A stretch of 61,476 nucleotides of DNA, counting the filler. It is 8 parts of 8 records of this genome, joined end to end, with 100 filler letters (N's around TTAATTAATTAA, not from the genome) between each part and the next. Parts side by side here need not be neighbours in the genome. Positions count along the whole stretch, not along the records: positions 1 to 5,543 come from SRR31156797_27943; positions 5,644 to 13,005 come from SRR31156797_27945; 6 more parts are not named here. One strand, given 5' to 3'. The position numbers were made by a program, and so were the translations under genes. This document shows, piece after piece, positions 1-10,245 of the stretch (position 1 is its first letter; every line of letters begins with the position of its first letter). A model generated the notes under the pieces. The model made no database searches. It was not told the DNA's origin and saw only the letters and a list, made by a program, of their open reading frames with translations.

Positions 1-317
1 GGCTTTACACAGAAAAAATTACAGGCTCTATTCAATATGAAGTTAATGTAAATATTGGTGCTGTGTAATTGAGAATCATGTTGGTCTACTCCCCTTCTTT
101 ATAACATCCATGAGGCAGAAACCTACAATCCTCATGGATGTCTGTTTTTAGCAAAAGTGGGATTTCTATATTACTATGAGCAAACCTGGCATTATAGACT
201 TTTTGCCGACCCTTATTGAGAGCCTCTGATTCATATGGTGCAGTTGTCTGGCCTTCAAAGTTCCTGCCTATATCAACGAAAATGTCCGTACGATAATACG
301 CTTTCAGTGTATAGAAG

Positions 318-770
318 TTATCTATTCCATTTGTATTTACGGTGTTTTTCAAGTGCCTTTTCAATCTTTGTAATAACTGTTTCAATCATCAATTGCTCCT
401 TAAGAGAAGGAACTACGATAGGTAATATTGATATTATTTGTGAATTTTAATTTAACATTGTTTGTTCTACTACATTCTCAGTTAACCAATCATTTGATTG
501 GTTTTGAGATACTTGAACTGATAGAAAGGATGGTAAGATTTTTTCTTTTGACTGTCTTGCAAGTAGGTATCCTGCTCCACATAAACAGCCGACCTCCTCC
601 TCTGCAACTAATGCATTACGACCTACATCCCCTCTTCTCGAAAACAGTAAATCTCCAAGAATCGTAATATGCTTGGACAGTTCATTGGTTTTAGTTTCCA
701 GAATCTTTGCAGCTATCCTAATTTCGACTTTCTGATTTTTTATATCTTTATTCCTAACAAAGCAGATCTT
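318..770 (-). pseudogene. Decayed type I restriction-modification specificity subunit (HsdS-like) fragment
   Basis: Manual translation gives KDIKNQKV..ELSKHITILGDLLFSRRGDVGRNALVAEEEVGCLCGAG..DWLTENVVEQTMLN, an in-frame TAA at 447-449, then in a shifted frame IISILPIVVPSLKEQLMIETVITKIE. This is the HsdS target-recognition domain plus the conserved P-x-L-x-EQ helix. No start codon. Confidence 0.7.
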
Positions 771-840
771 TATACTGTAAAAAATTGCATTGTCTCCTCT
801 TCGGGATTATATAATTAAATAAAGAGTTATGAGGTGATGT

Positions 841-2316
841 ATGTATACGGGTAAAGGTTTTGTAGATTCTGAACTGGGTGATGTAGATGTTATTCACAAT
901 AATGGACTTTTTCATCTTTTCCATCTGATTCTTCCGAACCATGATTATATAGCTCATGCGGTTAGCAATGACGGTTTTCTATGGAGAAGAGTCAAAAATC
1001 CTTTGTTTATCGGCGAACCGGGAGACTGGGATGATGATATGCTATGGACCATGCATATCTCCTCCGATCCGGACGGACCCGCCTCGTTTAGAATGTTCTA
1101 TACCGGATTGAGCCGCAGAGAACGCGGGCGGATCCAGAGGATCGGCCTGGCCCGCTCGAACGACCTCTATCATTGGGACAAAGTCTCATCCATTAATTAC
1201 CCCCTCTCGATTACAGGCCCTCATTATGAGGAATCTGTTTCTGAAGGACGGCACTGGGTAAGCTGCAGGGATCCTTTTTACTTTAATCATGGAGAAGACC
1301 GTTTCCTTCTGGTGAATGCCCGTGTCCCTTTTGGCCCGAAAATCCGGAGAGGTTGTGTAGGGCTGGCCAGGGAGGTGGCTCCGGATGAGTTTAAATGGGA
1401 GAAGCCGCTTTTTTTTCCCGGGATGTACGATGATGTTGAAGTCCCTGGTCTATATATGATCAAAGGTAAGTACTATCTGATTGGAAATATCAGGGAAGAT
1501 ATCAAGGTACATTACTGGCATTCTGATGAGCTGCGGGGAGATTATGAGGCTTTTGCTTCTAATGTGTTGCTTCCTCAGGGGAACTACGCTGCCAGGATCA
1601 CTCCTTTTGAGGATAAATTACTGGTTTGGAATTTCTTCACAAACCGAAGCCAGGCCGGAAGGACGTCAATACTGCCGCCGCCCACAGAGCTTCAGGTGGC
1701 AGAGGACGGACAGCTCTATTTGAAGAGTTATTCATCTTTCGATAAAAAAGTAAAAAAGAGTTTTGCTCAATCGGCTCTTCTCCCGGTTACGAGAATACTT
1801 AAGAACCAGACAGCCAATGTGGAACAGAATGAAAACCATACTATTCTGGAATCCATTAGCGGCTATGAAATCTTCTACTTTAAAGAGAGGTCTAAAGATT
1901 TTCGTCTGAGGTTTAAGATCATTATGGAAGGGATGGGCAAATGCGGTGTTGTTTTTCGCTCTGATATAGAAGCTAATGGCCACTATATAAGTCTGGACCT
2001 GCGAAATGGCCAGACCCAGGCAAGGGTATGGGGGGAAAATGAAGATGCCGGAATAGAAGATTCTTTTCACTATAAAATCATCCAGTACAATCATTTCTCC
2101 TGTGATGCTTCAGATAGTCATGATGTGGAAGTCATCGCTTTTGGAGGGTATATCGAGCTGTCGGTAAATAGGAAGATCGTCCTTCGGTATGTAGATACAG
2201 ATTATATGTCTCAGGACTTTATCGGTCTGTATGTAGAAAGTGCAAGGATCTGTATTATTGACGCAACACTGCAGAATCTTGATGGACCAGAAGAGGAAGA
2301 TCATCAGGTTATTTAG
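841..2316 (+). CDS. GH32-like (clan GH-J) five-bladed beta-propeller glycoside hydrolase with C-terminal beta-sandwich
   Basis: 491 aa, GAGGTG RBS; GDVD near the N-terminus, HAVSxDG..W, RDP (SCRDPF), DVEVP candidate acid/base; no signal peptide. Confidence 0.75.
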   Translation: MYTGKGFVDSELGDVDVIHNNGLFHLFHLILPNHDYIAHAVSNDGFLWRRVKNPLFIGEPGDWDDDMLWTMHISSDPDGPASFRMFYTGLSRRERGRIQRIGLARSNDLYHWDKVSSINYPLSITGPHYEESVSEGRHWVSCRDPFYFNHGEDRFLLVNARVPFGPKIRRGCVGLAREVAPDEFKWEKPLFFPGMYDDVEVPGLYMIKGKYYLIGNIREDIKVHYWHSDELRGDYEAFASNVLLPQGNYAARITPFEDKLLVWNFFTNRSQAGRTSILPPPTELQVAEDGQLYLKSYSSFDKKVKKSFAQSALLPVTRILKNQTANVEQNENHTILESISGYEIFYFKERSKDFRLRFKIIMEGMGKCGVVFRSDIEANGHYISLDLRNGQTQARVWGENEDAGIEDSFHYKIIQYNHFSCDASDSHDVEVIAFGGYIELSVNRKIVLRYVDTDYMSQDFIGLYVESARICIIDATLQNLDGPEEEDHQVI

Positions 2317-2410
2317 TTATAGTACTAATCAATATAGTCTGTTTACTCTGCTATCTATGTAATGTTTAAAGAAAATGAATTTTATAAATGATTTATATGT
2401 ATGTATATAT

Positions 2411-2421
2411 TGTGTTATAAT
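2411..2421 (+). promoter_or_regulatory. Possible extended -10 promoter for mfpsA-mfppA
   Basis: TGTGTTATAAT (TG-n-TATAAT) in the AT-rich gap about 80 nt before the AAGGAG RBS and ATG 2501. Confidence 0.35.
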
Positions 2422-2500
2422 GATTTAATGTTTATTTTGAGAATTGTTAGTGTTGAATGTAATTTATATTGGTTGTAGACTTCTGTAAGGAGTTTTAAAG

Positions 2501-3805
2501 ATGACTAATACAAATGAAAAGGAAAAAAGTCCCGATTCCGGTGATGATTCCCCCGAATTTAAACAGATAGCCATGATCTCCACTCATGGCTATGTAGCGG
2601 CGGAACCGCCCCTTGGTGCTCCGGATACGGGTGGTCAGGTTGTGTATGTTCTGGAGCTTTCCAAAGTTTTGGCAAGACTTGGTTATAAAGTGGATATATT
2701 TACCAGGCAGTTTGAGGATCAGCCAGCTAGTGAACCGGTGGATGATAATGTTCAATTGATCAGGATTCCCTGCGGGGACTCTGAGTTTATTCCAAAAGAG
2801 TACATGGTCGACCATATGGGTGAATGGGCTGACAGTGCTTTACAGTATATATCCGAAAACAACAAAAACTATCTCTTTATTAACAGTCATTATTGGGATG
2901 CCGGTATTGCGGGCATGATACTCTCAAAAAAACTTGACGTCCCTCATCTGCATACTCCCCACTCTTTAGGAAGTTGGAAAAAGAGGAACATGGAGAAGGA
3001 TTTTCCTCAAGATAAAAAATCTTTTGAGAAACAGTACAATTTCTCGACCCGTATTCAGAAAGAAAAAGAACTCTTTCATAATTGTGACAAGGTCATTGCA
3101 ACCACACCTATCCAGGAAGATCTTATCATAAGAGAATATGATCTCCCAAAAGAAAATGTTAAAATGATCCCCCCCGGATACGATGACAATAAATTTTATC
3201 CCATGGCAGATGCTTCTATGTATCTGCTGAAAGAGAAATTCAACTTTAAAGATAATTGTATCCTGGCTTTGTCCCGTCTGGCTTATAATAAAGGGCTTGA
3301 TCTTCTGGTGGAGTCCTTCGGAATACTCTGTCAAAAGGGGATCGATGCTCAGCTTGTTCTGGCGATTGGTCATGAAGATCGTAATGATCTTGAAGAAAAG
3401 CTCTATCAGAACATCCAGAAGATCATTCAAAAGTATGATATCGGTGAAAAAGTCAAATTCCTGGGATTTATTCCCGATGAGGAGTTGGCCGAGACCTATC
3501 TTGCGGCAGACGTTTTTGTATTATCCAGCCGATACGAGCCCTTTGGGATGACAGCCGTTGAGGCTATGGCCTGCGGAATCCCTACCATCGTGACAAAGCA
3601 CGGAGGTCTGTGCCGGGAATTGAGAGATGGTAGTGATGCTCTGATTACCGATCCTTTCAACCCGGAAAAGATGGCCGACGACATGGCCTCTATATTGCGG
3701 CATGAAGGAATCAGAAATAACCTCTCATTTGAAGGAAGCAGAACCTCCCGGGATAATTTTTCCTGGACAGGAATTGCTCTTAAGCTGGCCAGCATCGTTC
3801 AATAA
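2501..3805 (+). CDS. mfpsA: Mannosylfructose-phosphate synthase (GT4, sucrose-phosphate synthase-like)
   Basis: ISTHGYVAAEPPLGAPDTGGQVVYVLEL, FINSHYWDAG, HTPHSLG, IPPGYDDN and SRYEPFGMTAVEAMACG match Agrobacterium MfpsA as I recall it; followed by the cognate phosphatase. Confidence 0.85.
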   Translation: MTNTNEKEKSPDSGDDSPEFKQIAMISTHGYVAAEPPLGAPDTGGQVVYVLELSKVLARLGYKVDIFTRQFEDQPASEPVDDNVQLIRIPCGDSEFIPKEYMVDHMGEWADSALQYISENNKNYLFINSHYWDAGIAGMILSKKLDVPHLHTPHSLGSWKKRNMEKDFPQDKKSFEKQYNFSTRIQKEKELFHNCDKVIATTPIQEDLIIREYDLPKENVKMIPPGYDDNKFYPMADASMYLLKEKFNFKDNCILALSRLAYNKGLDLLVESFGILCQKGIDAQLVLAIGHEDRNDLEEKLYQNIQKIIQKYDIGEKVKFLGFIPDEELAETYLAADVFVLSSRYEPFGMTAVEAMACGIPTIVTKHGGLCRELRDGSDALITDPFNPEKMADDMASILRHEGIRNNLSFEGSRTSRDNFSWTGIALKLASIVQ

Positions 3806-3813
3806 TAAGTCTA

Positions 3814-4587
3814 ATGATGAAAGATAATATAAAGCTCCTCTCTTTTGACCTGGACGGTACGCTTCTGGGCAACAGAGAGGCAATTGGACGATTCAACAAA
3901 GCCTGGAATGCTATTCCCGGGGAAGTACGGCCTCTTCTCTGTTACAATACGGGGCGGCTTTTTGAGGATACGCTGCAGATCATTGATTCGGAAGGGCTTC
4001 CTGTTCCGGATTACTGTATCTGCGGTGTGGGTACCCTGGTATATGATTTCAGCCAAAAACAGATTGAAAGTGATTTTTTTACATGTCTTCATATTGGTTG
4101 GGATTCGGAAATCGTTCTTAAGATAATGAGTCTCTTTGAGGGGGCTGTACTTCAGCCTCTGAAATACCAGAATGATTTTAAATCCTCCTGGTATTTACTA
4201 GATGCCAATGATTCACAGATCGACGAGATCAGGACGCAGATGTCCATGGCTGGGCTTGATGTCAATGTAGTCTATTCCAGTTCCAGGGATCTGGATATTC
4301 TTCCCCGGAATGCAACCAAGGGAAAAGCCCTTATGTGGTTGATAGAAAAACTCAGTATTCAGTCTGAAGAGCTTATTGTAGGAGGTGATACGGGGAACGA
4401 CAGCTCCATGTTCATCCTTCCAGGAGTTAAAGGTATTATTGTTGCCAACGCTATGCCGGAGCTGCTTGAGTTTAAGGACAGGGACGGAGTTTATGTGTCA
4501 CAAGGCCACTCTACTGATGGTATTATAGAGGGCTTAGCTTATTTCGGTGTGTTAATGACTATCGATGGCAAAGAAGGACTCTTGTAA
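3814..4587 (+). CDS. mfppA: Mannosylfructose-phosphate phosphatase (HAD-IIB, sucrose-phosphatase family)
   Basis: DLDGT motif I, NTGR, KSSW, VYSSSRDLDILP, KG, GDTGND motif IV; 8 nt downstream of mfpsA. Confidence 0.85.
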   Translation: MMKDNIKLLSFDLDGTLLGNREAIGRFNKAWNAIPGEVRPLLCYNTGRLFEDTLQIIDSEGLPVPDYCICGVGTLVYDFSQKQIESDFFTCLHIGWDSEIVLKIMSLFEGAVLQPLKYQNDFKSSWYLLDANDSQIDEIRTQMSMAGLDVNVVYSSSRDLDILPRNATKGKALMWLIEKLSIQSEELIVGGDTGNDSSMFILPGVKGIIVANAMPELLEFKDRDGVYVSQGHSTDGIIEGLAYFGVLMTIDGKEGLL

Positions 4588-4856
4588 CAGCATAACAAAT
4601 CAGCAATCCAATACTGTTATTCTGGAGGGCAATCCGGAATGAGAGTCCGGGCAGGAGCATGTATCGAAAGAGGCCGCCTCGTGCCGTGAGATTGATCTAT
4701 ATTCTATCTGTGGTTGAGGTCCCGAGGGACCATACCGCCGATGGCTTTCATATAACATTCAACGAAACAGAACTTCTTTTCCGTGTATGACGTATTGACT
4801 ATATATGGTAAAAGCAATATTTTGATAGGCATATGCCCGTAATAAGAGATTTAGAG

Positions 4857-5025
4857 ATGCAATATGATGCTATAGATGTGTGGGGGGGGGCTCGCAGGAG
4901 TCCCCGTTGCTGCAGCGGGAATGACCGCATTGGATCTCTCCATTATGCAGTATGGAACTCGGCCCCTCTTAACAGGCGGCCACAGAGTTTATCCTGTTGT
5001 TCTGGCTCTGCAATGGACGGCTTGA
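4857..5025 (+). pseudogene. Internally deleted remnant of a pyridine nucleotide-disulfide oxidoreductase (NADH oxidase-like)
   Basis: MQYDAIDV, a G run, then GGLAG in a shifted frame (Rossmann-like start) runs directly into GMTALDLSIMQYGTRPLLT, which resembles the C-terminal dimerisation segment of this family. Confidence 0.4.
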
Positions 5026-5060
5026 ATACAATCCGGAAATCTTAGGTCAAGGAGTTGTTT

Positions 5061-5543
5061 ATGTTCAAAGGGTTGGCTTTCTTACAGAAGAATCTTGGCT
5101 GGTCAGTACCTCTTTTTATGATAGCAGGTTTTATCCTTGGATTAACGTTGAATGACTCCAGTCCATTGAGTATATTAATTCTCCCTCTCACCTTCCTGAT
5201 GGTTTACCCGATGATGGTTACCCTTCAGTTCAAAAAGATCCTTGAGGGAGGAGATATTAAGGTTCAAGTGGTGACTCAGATAATCAATTTTGCAGTCATT
5301 CCTTTTTTCGCGTTCTTTCTTGGAAAGTGGTATTTTGCCGAAAGCCCCTATCTCGCTTTGGGCTTTCTTCTTGTAGCTCTGCTGCCCACAAGCGGTATGA
5401 CGATTTCCTGGACAGGTATGTCCAAAGGGAATATGCCGGCAGCAGTTAAAATGACCGTTGTCGGTCTGCTTCTGGGATCAGTCATGACACCACTGTATAT
5501 ACAGGGATTGATGGGGACTGTCATTTCCATCCCCATGAAGAAA
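5061..5543 (+). CDS. ACR3/bile acid:sodium symporter family transporter, 3'-truncated by spacer
   Basis: Hydrophobic; LTFLMVYPMM, INFAVIP and LLPTSGMTISWTG motifs; AAGGAG RBS before ATG 5061. Confidence 0.8.
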
Positions 5544-5643
5544 NNNNNNNNNNNNNNNNNNNNNNNNNNNNNNNNNNNNNNNNNNNNTTAATTAATTAAN
5601 NNNNNNNNNNNNNNNNNNNNNNNNNNNNNNNNNNNNNNNNNNN
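5544..5643. other. Artificial contig spacer
   Basis: N-run + TTAATTAATTAA (stops in all six frames) + N-run, 100 nt. Confidence 0.98.
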
Positions 5644-6902
5644 TTGAGATCCAAAAAGCACTTGCTTTTGTTTCATCTACGCTTTTAACGTCACCGAACA
5701 TTGAAAAAGCAATAAATGCCTCTCTTTCCTGCATCGGCAGTTTATGCGGAGCAAGCCGCGCATACGTATTTTTGTTTGATGAAAACAATGAATACATGTC
5801 AAACACTCATGAATGGTATGCTGCTGGTGTAGAACCGCAAAAGGATAAGCTTCAGGATCTACCAATCGACACATTTCCTTGGTGGCAGCAAAAGTTTTCC
5901 AATGGAGAAATGATCTTTATTACCAGTGTCAGAGAGATGCCTCCTGAGGCTTCTGTCGAAAAAGAAATCCTTAAAATGCAGGATGTCAGTTCTTTGTTGG
6001 TACTTCCTCTTTTCATTGGCAAAAGAACAAGCGGTTTCATTGGTCTGGATAATATCAGAAATACAGGCTCCTGGGCTCAGGAGGATATAGCCATTTTAGG
6101 TACGGTATCCCATTTGTTATCCAGTTCTATTGAGAATGATATAAAGGAGATCCAGCTTGCTGAAAATGCTCGCGAACTGTGGAAAGCGAATGTTGAGTTA
6201 AAAAGGATAGCAAAGGTAAAAGATGCATTTTTAGCTAATATGAGCCATGAACTAAGAACACCTTTAAATTCAGTCATAGGCTATTCAGATGCACTTCTAT
6301 CTGGAATTGCCGGAGCGATGAACGACAAAGAAGATCGCTATCTCAATCATATTTCCAATTCAGGTAAACACTTGCTGGAAATCATTAATGATATTCTTGA
6401 CATCTCAAAGGTTGAATCTGGAAAAATGGAACTCCTTTATGAGAAGGTGTCCGTTTCAGATATTGTCGAATCGGTAATTCATATTGTCTCCCCTATGGCA
6501 CATAAAAAACAGATTAATTTAAATTGCTACATCGAACCGGATGAAATATCGGTGGAAGTTGATCCTGTTCGTTTTAAGCAGATCATTTCTAATCTGGTTG
6601 TCAATGCTGTTAAATTTACAGATGAAAGAAACGATGTATCCATTATTGCAAAAATAGAAGGAGATATGCTCAACATTTCAGTAGAGGATACTGGTATCGG
6701 AATTACTCTTGAGGATCAGGATAAACTTTTTGAACCATTCCAGCAACTGGACTCTTCAAACTCCCGTCAGTACGAGGGTACGGGCCTTGGTCTTGCACTT
6801 GTCAAGGACCTTGTGGAATCGCATGGCGGACATATATGGGTTGAAAGTGAACCTGGCAAAGGAAGCACTTTCAGTTTGTCCATCCCCATAAACAGGAAGT
6901 AA
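5644..6902 (+). CDS. GAF-domain sensor histidine kinase, 5'-truncated
   Basis: Frame is open from the fragment edge; GAF-like region, H-box FLANMSHELRTPLN, N-box NLVVNAVKFT, DTGIG and GTGLGL. Confidence 0.92.
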
Positions 6903-7008
6903 ACCACAGTATCTTTGTAGATTGTATCCTGACTGCAATGTTACATTCATTATGTAAATTGTAAAAGGACCGTGTATTTTTAGATAGAACAGGATCATAG
7001 ATAAAAAC

Positions 7009-7851
7009 ATGAAACAAAACTTCCCCATAACAGACGAGCACATGCACATAGACCTCAGGGCCAAGGGCCTTAAAGCCGTCAAAGAATTTCAGAACACTGG
7101 TGGAACACACATATTCCTTGTGATGAAACCAAGCTGGACCCTTGGCATCAAGGTCACAAAACCGGAGGATCATATAGCCGTCTTTGAGGAAACCGTGGAT
7201 CTCACTCGTCAGATCAACGAAACTGGTGTCACATCTTTTCCTGTATTGGGAGTGCATCCTGCAGAGATCACAAAGCTCAACGAATACATGGAACTTGAAA
7301 AAGCTGTTGAGATCATGAAAGGTGGACTGGACATTGCAGCAGGATACGTGGAAAAGGGACTCGCTGTGGGACTTAAAAGTGGAAGGCCGCACTATCCTGT
7401 AAGTCCGGAAGTATGGGACGCTTCCAACGAGGTTATGGAATATGGCTTCACGCTTGCCGCTGACCTTGACTGTGCCATCCAGCTTCATACCGAAACCGTG
7501 GCTGAACCTGAGCTGATCGACATAGCTGAAAGAGCAAAAAAGACGGGAATAAAACTTCACAGAGTTGTTAAACACTACGCTCCACCACTGGTAGATGTAT
7601 GTGAACGTCTTGGCATATTCCCCGGAGTGCTGGCAGGTAAGGGAGCTATTGAGGAAGCACTCGAACAGGGGACCCGTTTCATGATGGAGACAGATTATAT
7701 CGATGACCCTGACAGGCCCGGAGCTGTTCTTGGTCCAAAGACCATACCCCGAAGGACATTGAAGTTAGTGGAAGAATATGGTGAAGAACCTTTCTGGAAG
7801 GTCCATAAGGAAAATCCTGAATATGTATACGATGTGGACATTGAACTCTGA
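7009..7851 (+). CDS. TatD-related metal-dependent hydrolase (archaeal type)
   Basis: TDEHMH, GVHPAE, GRPHY, QLHTE, METDYIDDPDRPGAVLGP. Confidence 0.88.
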   Translation: MKQNFPITDEHMHIDLRAKGLKAVKEFQNTGGTHIFLVMKPSWTLGIKVTKPEDHIAVFEETVDLTRQINETGVTSFPVLGVHPAEITKLNEYMELEKAVEIMKGGLDIAAGYVEKGLAVGLKSGRPHYPVSPEVWDASNEVMEYGFTLAADLDCAIQLHTETVAEPELIDIAERAKKTGIKLHRVVKHYAPPLVDVCERLGIFPGVLAGKGAIEEALEQGTRFMMETDYIDDPDRPGAVLGPKTIPRRTLKLVEEYGEEPFWKVHKENPEYVYDVDIEL

Positions 7852-7872
7852 TCAGGAAGATGGCATTCCCAT

Positions 7873-9198
7873 CTAGAGCCTGTCAACCAGGATCATATAG
7901 ATATCCATTACATTTGTACCAGTAGGACCAGTAACTATCAGGTCGCCTGTTTCCCTGAGATAATAATGCGAATTATTGATATACATCTCACGCCTTGCAT
8001 CCATTTGCATATCCTTCCCACGCTGCATCGTTTCGCCGTCTGCAAATGCACCTGCGCTGTCGGTCGTGCCATCATTACCATCGGTTCCTACAGCAAGCAA
8101 AAGAACACCTTCAAGACCGTACACTTCTATTCCAAAAGACAGCGCCATCTCCTGACACCTTCCACCAAGGCCTTTACCCTTCATGGTCACTGTGGTCTCT
8201 CCTCCTGCAAGAATACAGGCTGGAAGCGGAAGAGGGTCTCCCCTTAATTGTTCTTCACGTGCAATCGCAGCGAATACCTTTGCAACTTCCCTTGACTCAC
8301 CGACAATAGAAGAACTGAGAAGCATTGTGTTGTATCCAAGTTCAGATGCCTTTCTTTTTGCTTCAAGGAGAGCAAGCGCATTGCTTCCTATAAGATGATG
8401 GGATGTCTTTTCAAAGACCGCTTCTCCTGATTTTGGGGTCTCTTCTATCATACCCTCCAGACCATCCTCGATCAGTCCGGAAACTGCAGGAGATAAAGCA
8501 ATACTGTATCTGTCGACTATCTCTCTGAAATCGGCAAATGTAGATGTATCAGGGACAGTAGGACCAGAAGCCACCACATCAAGAGGGTCACCAACAACAT
8601 CCGAGAGAATAAGGCTCACTGACTGTGAAGGATATGCCATTCTGGCAAGCCCGCCACCCTTGATAGAGCAGAGGTGTTTCCTCACAGTGTTAAGCTCATC
8701 TATCGTAGCACCTGCACGAATAAGAGCATCGGTGAGTTTCACGACATCAGTGAGCGAAACACCTTTTCGTGGATGGGTGACCTGGGCAGAACCACCGCCT
8801 GATATCAGGAAGAAGATAAGGTCTTTTGAGCCGGTGGTTTCAAGAAGGTCATATATGGTCTGCCCGGCAGCTATACTGTTCTCATCAGGTATCGGATGCC
8901 CTGATTCATATACCTCCATCTTATGCAGCGGACTGCTAAAACCATATTTGGTGACAGCGATACCTCTAGTAAGCGAATCACCCAGGATATCCTCAATGGC
9001 CCTTGACATTGAGGTTGCAGCCTTTCCAAAAGCTATGCAATATATGTTATCATAGTCCGAAAGCTCATAGCAAGTTTCGTTTATGATGATATTCTCGTTT
9101 TCCATTCTAACAGCCCTGTATACACAGGAAGACGGATCTACTGCAGAGATTGCCTCTGACATTATTGCATACGCATCATTTCTCATATCGTTTGTCAT
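7873..9198 (-). CDS. Glycerate 2-kinase (MOFRL/GckA family)
   Basis: FGKAA, HPIPD, LISGGGSA, VRKHLCSIKGGGLA, SDVVGD, GGETTV, GTDGNDG, TGPTGTNVMD. Confidence 0.93.
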   Translation of the reverse strand: MTNDMRNDAYAIMSEAISAVDPSSCVYRAVRMENENIIINETCYELSDYDNIYCIAFGKAATSMSRAIEDILGDSLTRGIAVTKYGFSSPLHKMEVYESGHPIPDENSIAAGQTIYDLLETTGSKDLIFFLISGGGSAQVTHPRKGVSLTDVVKLTDALIRAGATIDELNTVRKHLCSIKGGGLARMAYPSQSVSLILSDVVGDPLDVVASGPTVPDTSTFADFREIVDRYSIALSPAVSGLIEDGLEGMIEETPKSGEAVFEKTSHHLIGSNALALLEAKRKASELGYNTMLLSSSIVGESREVAKVFAAIAREEQLRGDPLPLPACILAGGETTVTMKGKGLGGRCQEMALSFGIEVYGLEGVLLLAVGTDGNDGTTDSAGAFADGETMQRGKDMQMDARREMYINNSHYYLRETGDLIVTGPTGTNVMDIYMILVDRL

Positions 9199-9241
9199 AT
9201 GATATCATCCAAATTTGAGTGAGAGAACATACCGTTGGGAC

Positions 9242-9853
9242 CTATGAGCGCCTGTAAAGACCTACCAGTTCACCGTAAGCCACAACATGTCCGTCCATTG
9301 CATCCTCTACAGTACTTAGTTCGGACCCCTGCTCAAGGTCAAGCTCCGTATCAAGAGCATAGAATTTAAAGAAATACCTGTGAGTATCTGAAGGAGGACA
9401 TGGACCGATGTAAGATGCCTGGCCTGCACTGTTCAATCCTTCAACACCAGAACTATCATTTTCAGAAATCTCCATATCAGGATCTATATTCCATATCACC
9501 CAGTGGGTAAAAGTGCCAGAGGGAGCATCAGGATCATCCATTATTAACAAAAGTGAAACAACATCATCGGCAATATTTCCTAGTTTAATATCAGGATTGA
9601 TATTATCACCATCACATGTGTATTTTGCCGGAATCATGGTGCCATTATCAAAAGCTTTGCTGGTCACAGTCAGTATTCCAACAGGAATACTGTTTGAAAG
9701 TTCTCCCTCCTGTATATCGGATTCTGAAGACATGGATGATTCATAAACATCCGGCAACTCATCTGGCTGTCCTTCATCCTGTTCTACACAACCTGAGAAA
9801 GAAAAGGCAAGTAAAAGTAGTGATACAACGATTATAATTTTACAGCAACGCAT
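9242..9853 (-). CDS. YbhB/YbcL (PEBP family) protein, probable archaeal lipoprotein
   Basis: Signal peptide ending FSFSGC; YTCDG, MDDPDAP, FTHW, GPCPP, HRYFF. ATG 9853 preferred over GTG 9919. Confidence 0.88.
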   Translation of the reverse strand: MRCCKIIIVVSLLLLAFSFSGCVEQDEGQPDELPDVYESSMSSESDIQEGELSNSIPVGILTVTSKAFDNGTMIPAKYTCDGDNINPDIKLGNIADDVVSLLLIMDDPDAPSGTFTHWVIWNIDPDMEISENDSSGVEGLNSAGQASYIGPCPPSDTHRYFFKFYALDTELDLEQGSELSTVEDAMDGHVVAYGELVGLYRRS

Positions 9854-10015
9854 CAGGCAAGTAACAGAACCGTTGAATTGTACATCAGGATTATTGATGG
9901 TCCCGGACATATCTCCCACAATAATACACTAGTTACAGCCTATATATTTTTTGTGGAGCTGAAAGTATTCAGATAAACACAAGAGGAATTAAAAAAAGAA
10001 ATCCTCTGGGCAGTT

Positions 10016-10198
10016 TTACTCTTCCGGAATTATGATCCATGCAAGGATATACAGCAAAAGGCCTGTACCATACATGAATATGGCAACTGCCCAGATCAGA
10101 CGTATTATTACGGGGTCAATTTCAAAATACTCGCCGATACCACCACAAACACCTCCAAGCATCCTGCTATTCCGGGATCTTCTCAGAATTTTTTCCAT
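10016..10198 (-). CDS. PspC domain protein
   Basis: MEKILRRSRNSRMLGGVCGGIGEYFEIDPVIIR..YILAWIIIPEE; GAGG RBS before ATG 10198. Confidence 0.88.
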   Translation of the reverse strand: MEKILRRSRNSRMLGGVCGGIGEYFEIDPVIIRLIWAVAIFMYGTGLLLYILAWIIIPEE

Positions 10199-10245
10199 AT
10201 TAACAACATCCTCAACTAAATCATTGAATAACGCAAGCTTTGTGA

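Noticed and set aside
86-957. Short ORFs 86-385, 235-450, 428-667 and 754-957
   Set aside because: No recognisable motifs; better explained as shadows of the hsdS remnant and the hydrolase gene.
4590-4850. Possible riboswitch or ncRNA between mfppA and the transporter
   Set aside because: No convincing stems or known aptamer consensus found by eye.
5588-5599. TTAATTAATTAA recurring seven times as a possible repeat family
   Set aside because: Always centred in identical N-runs; an artificial all-frame stop linker.
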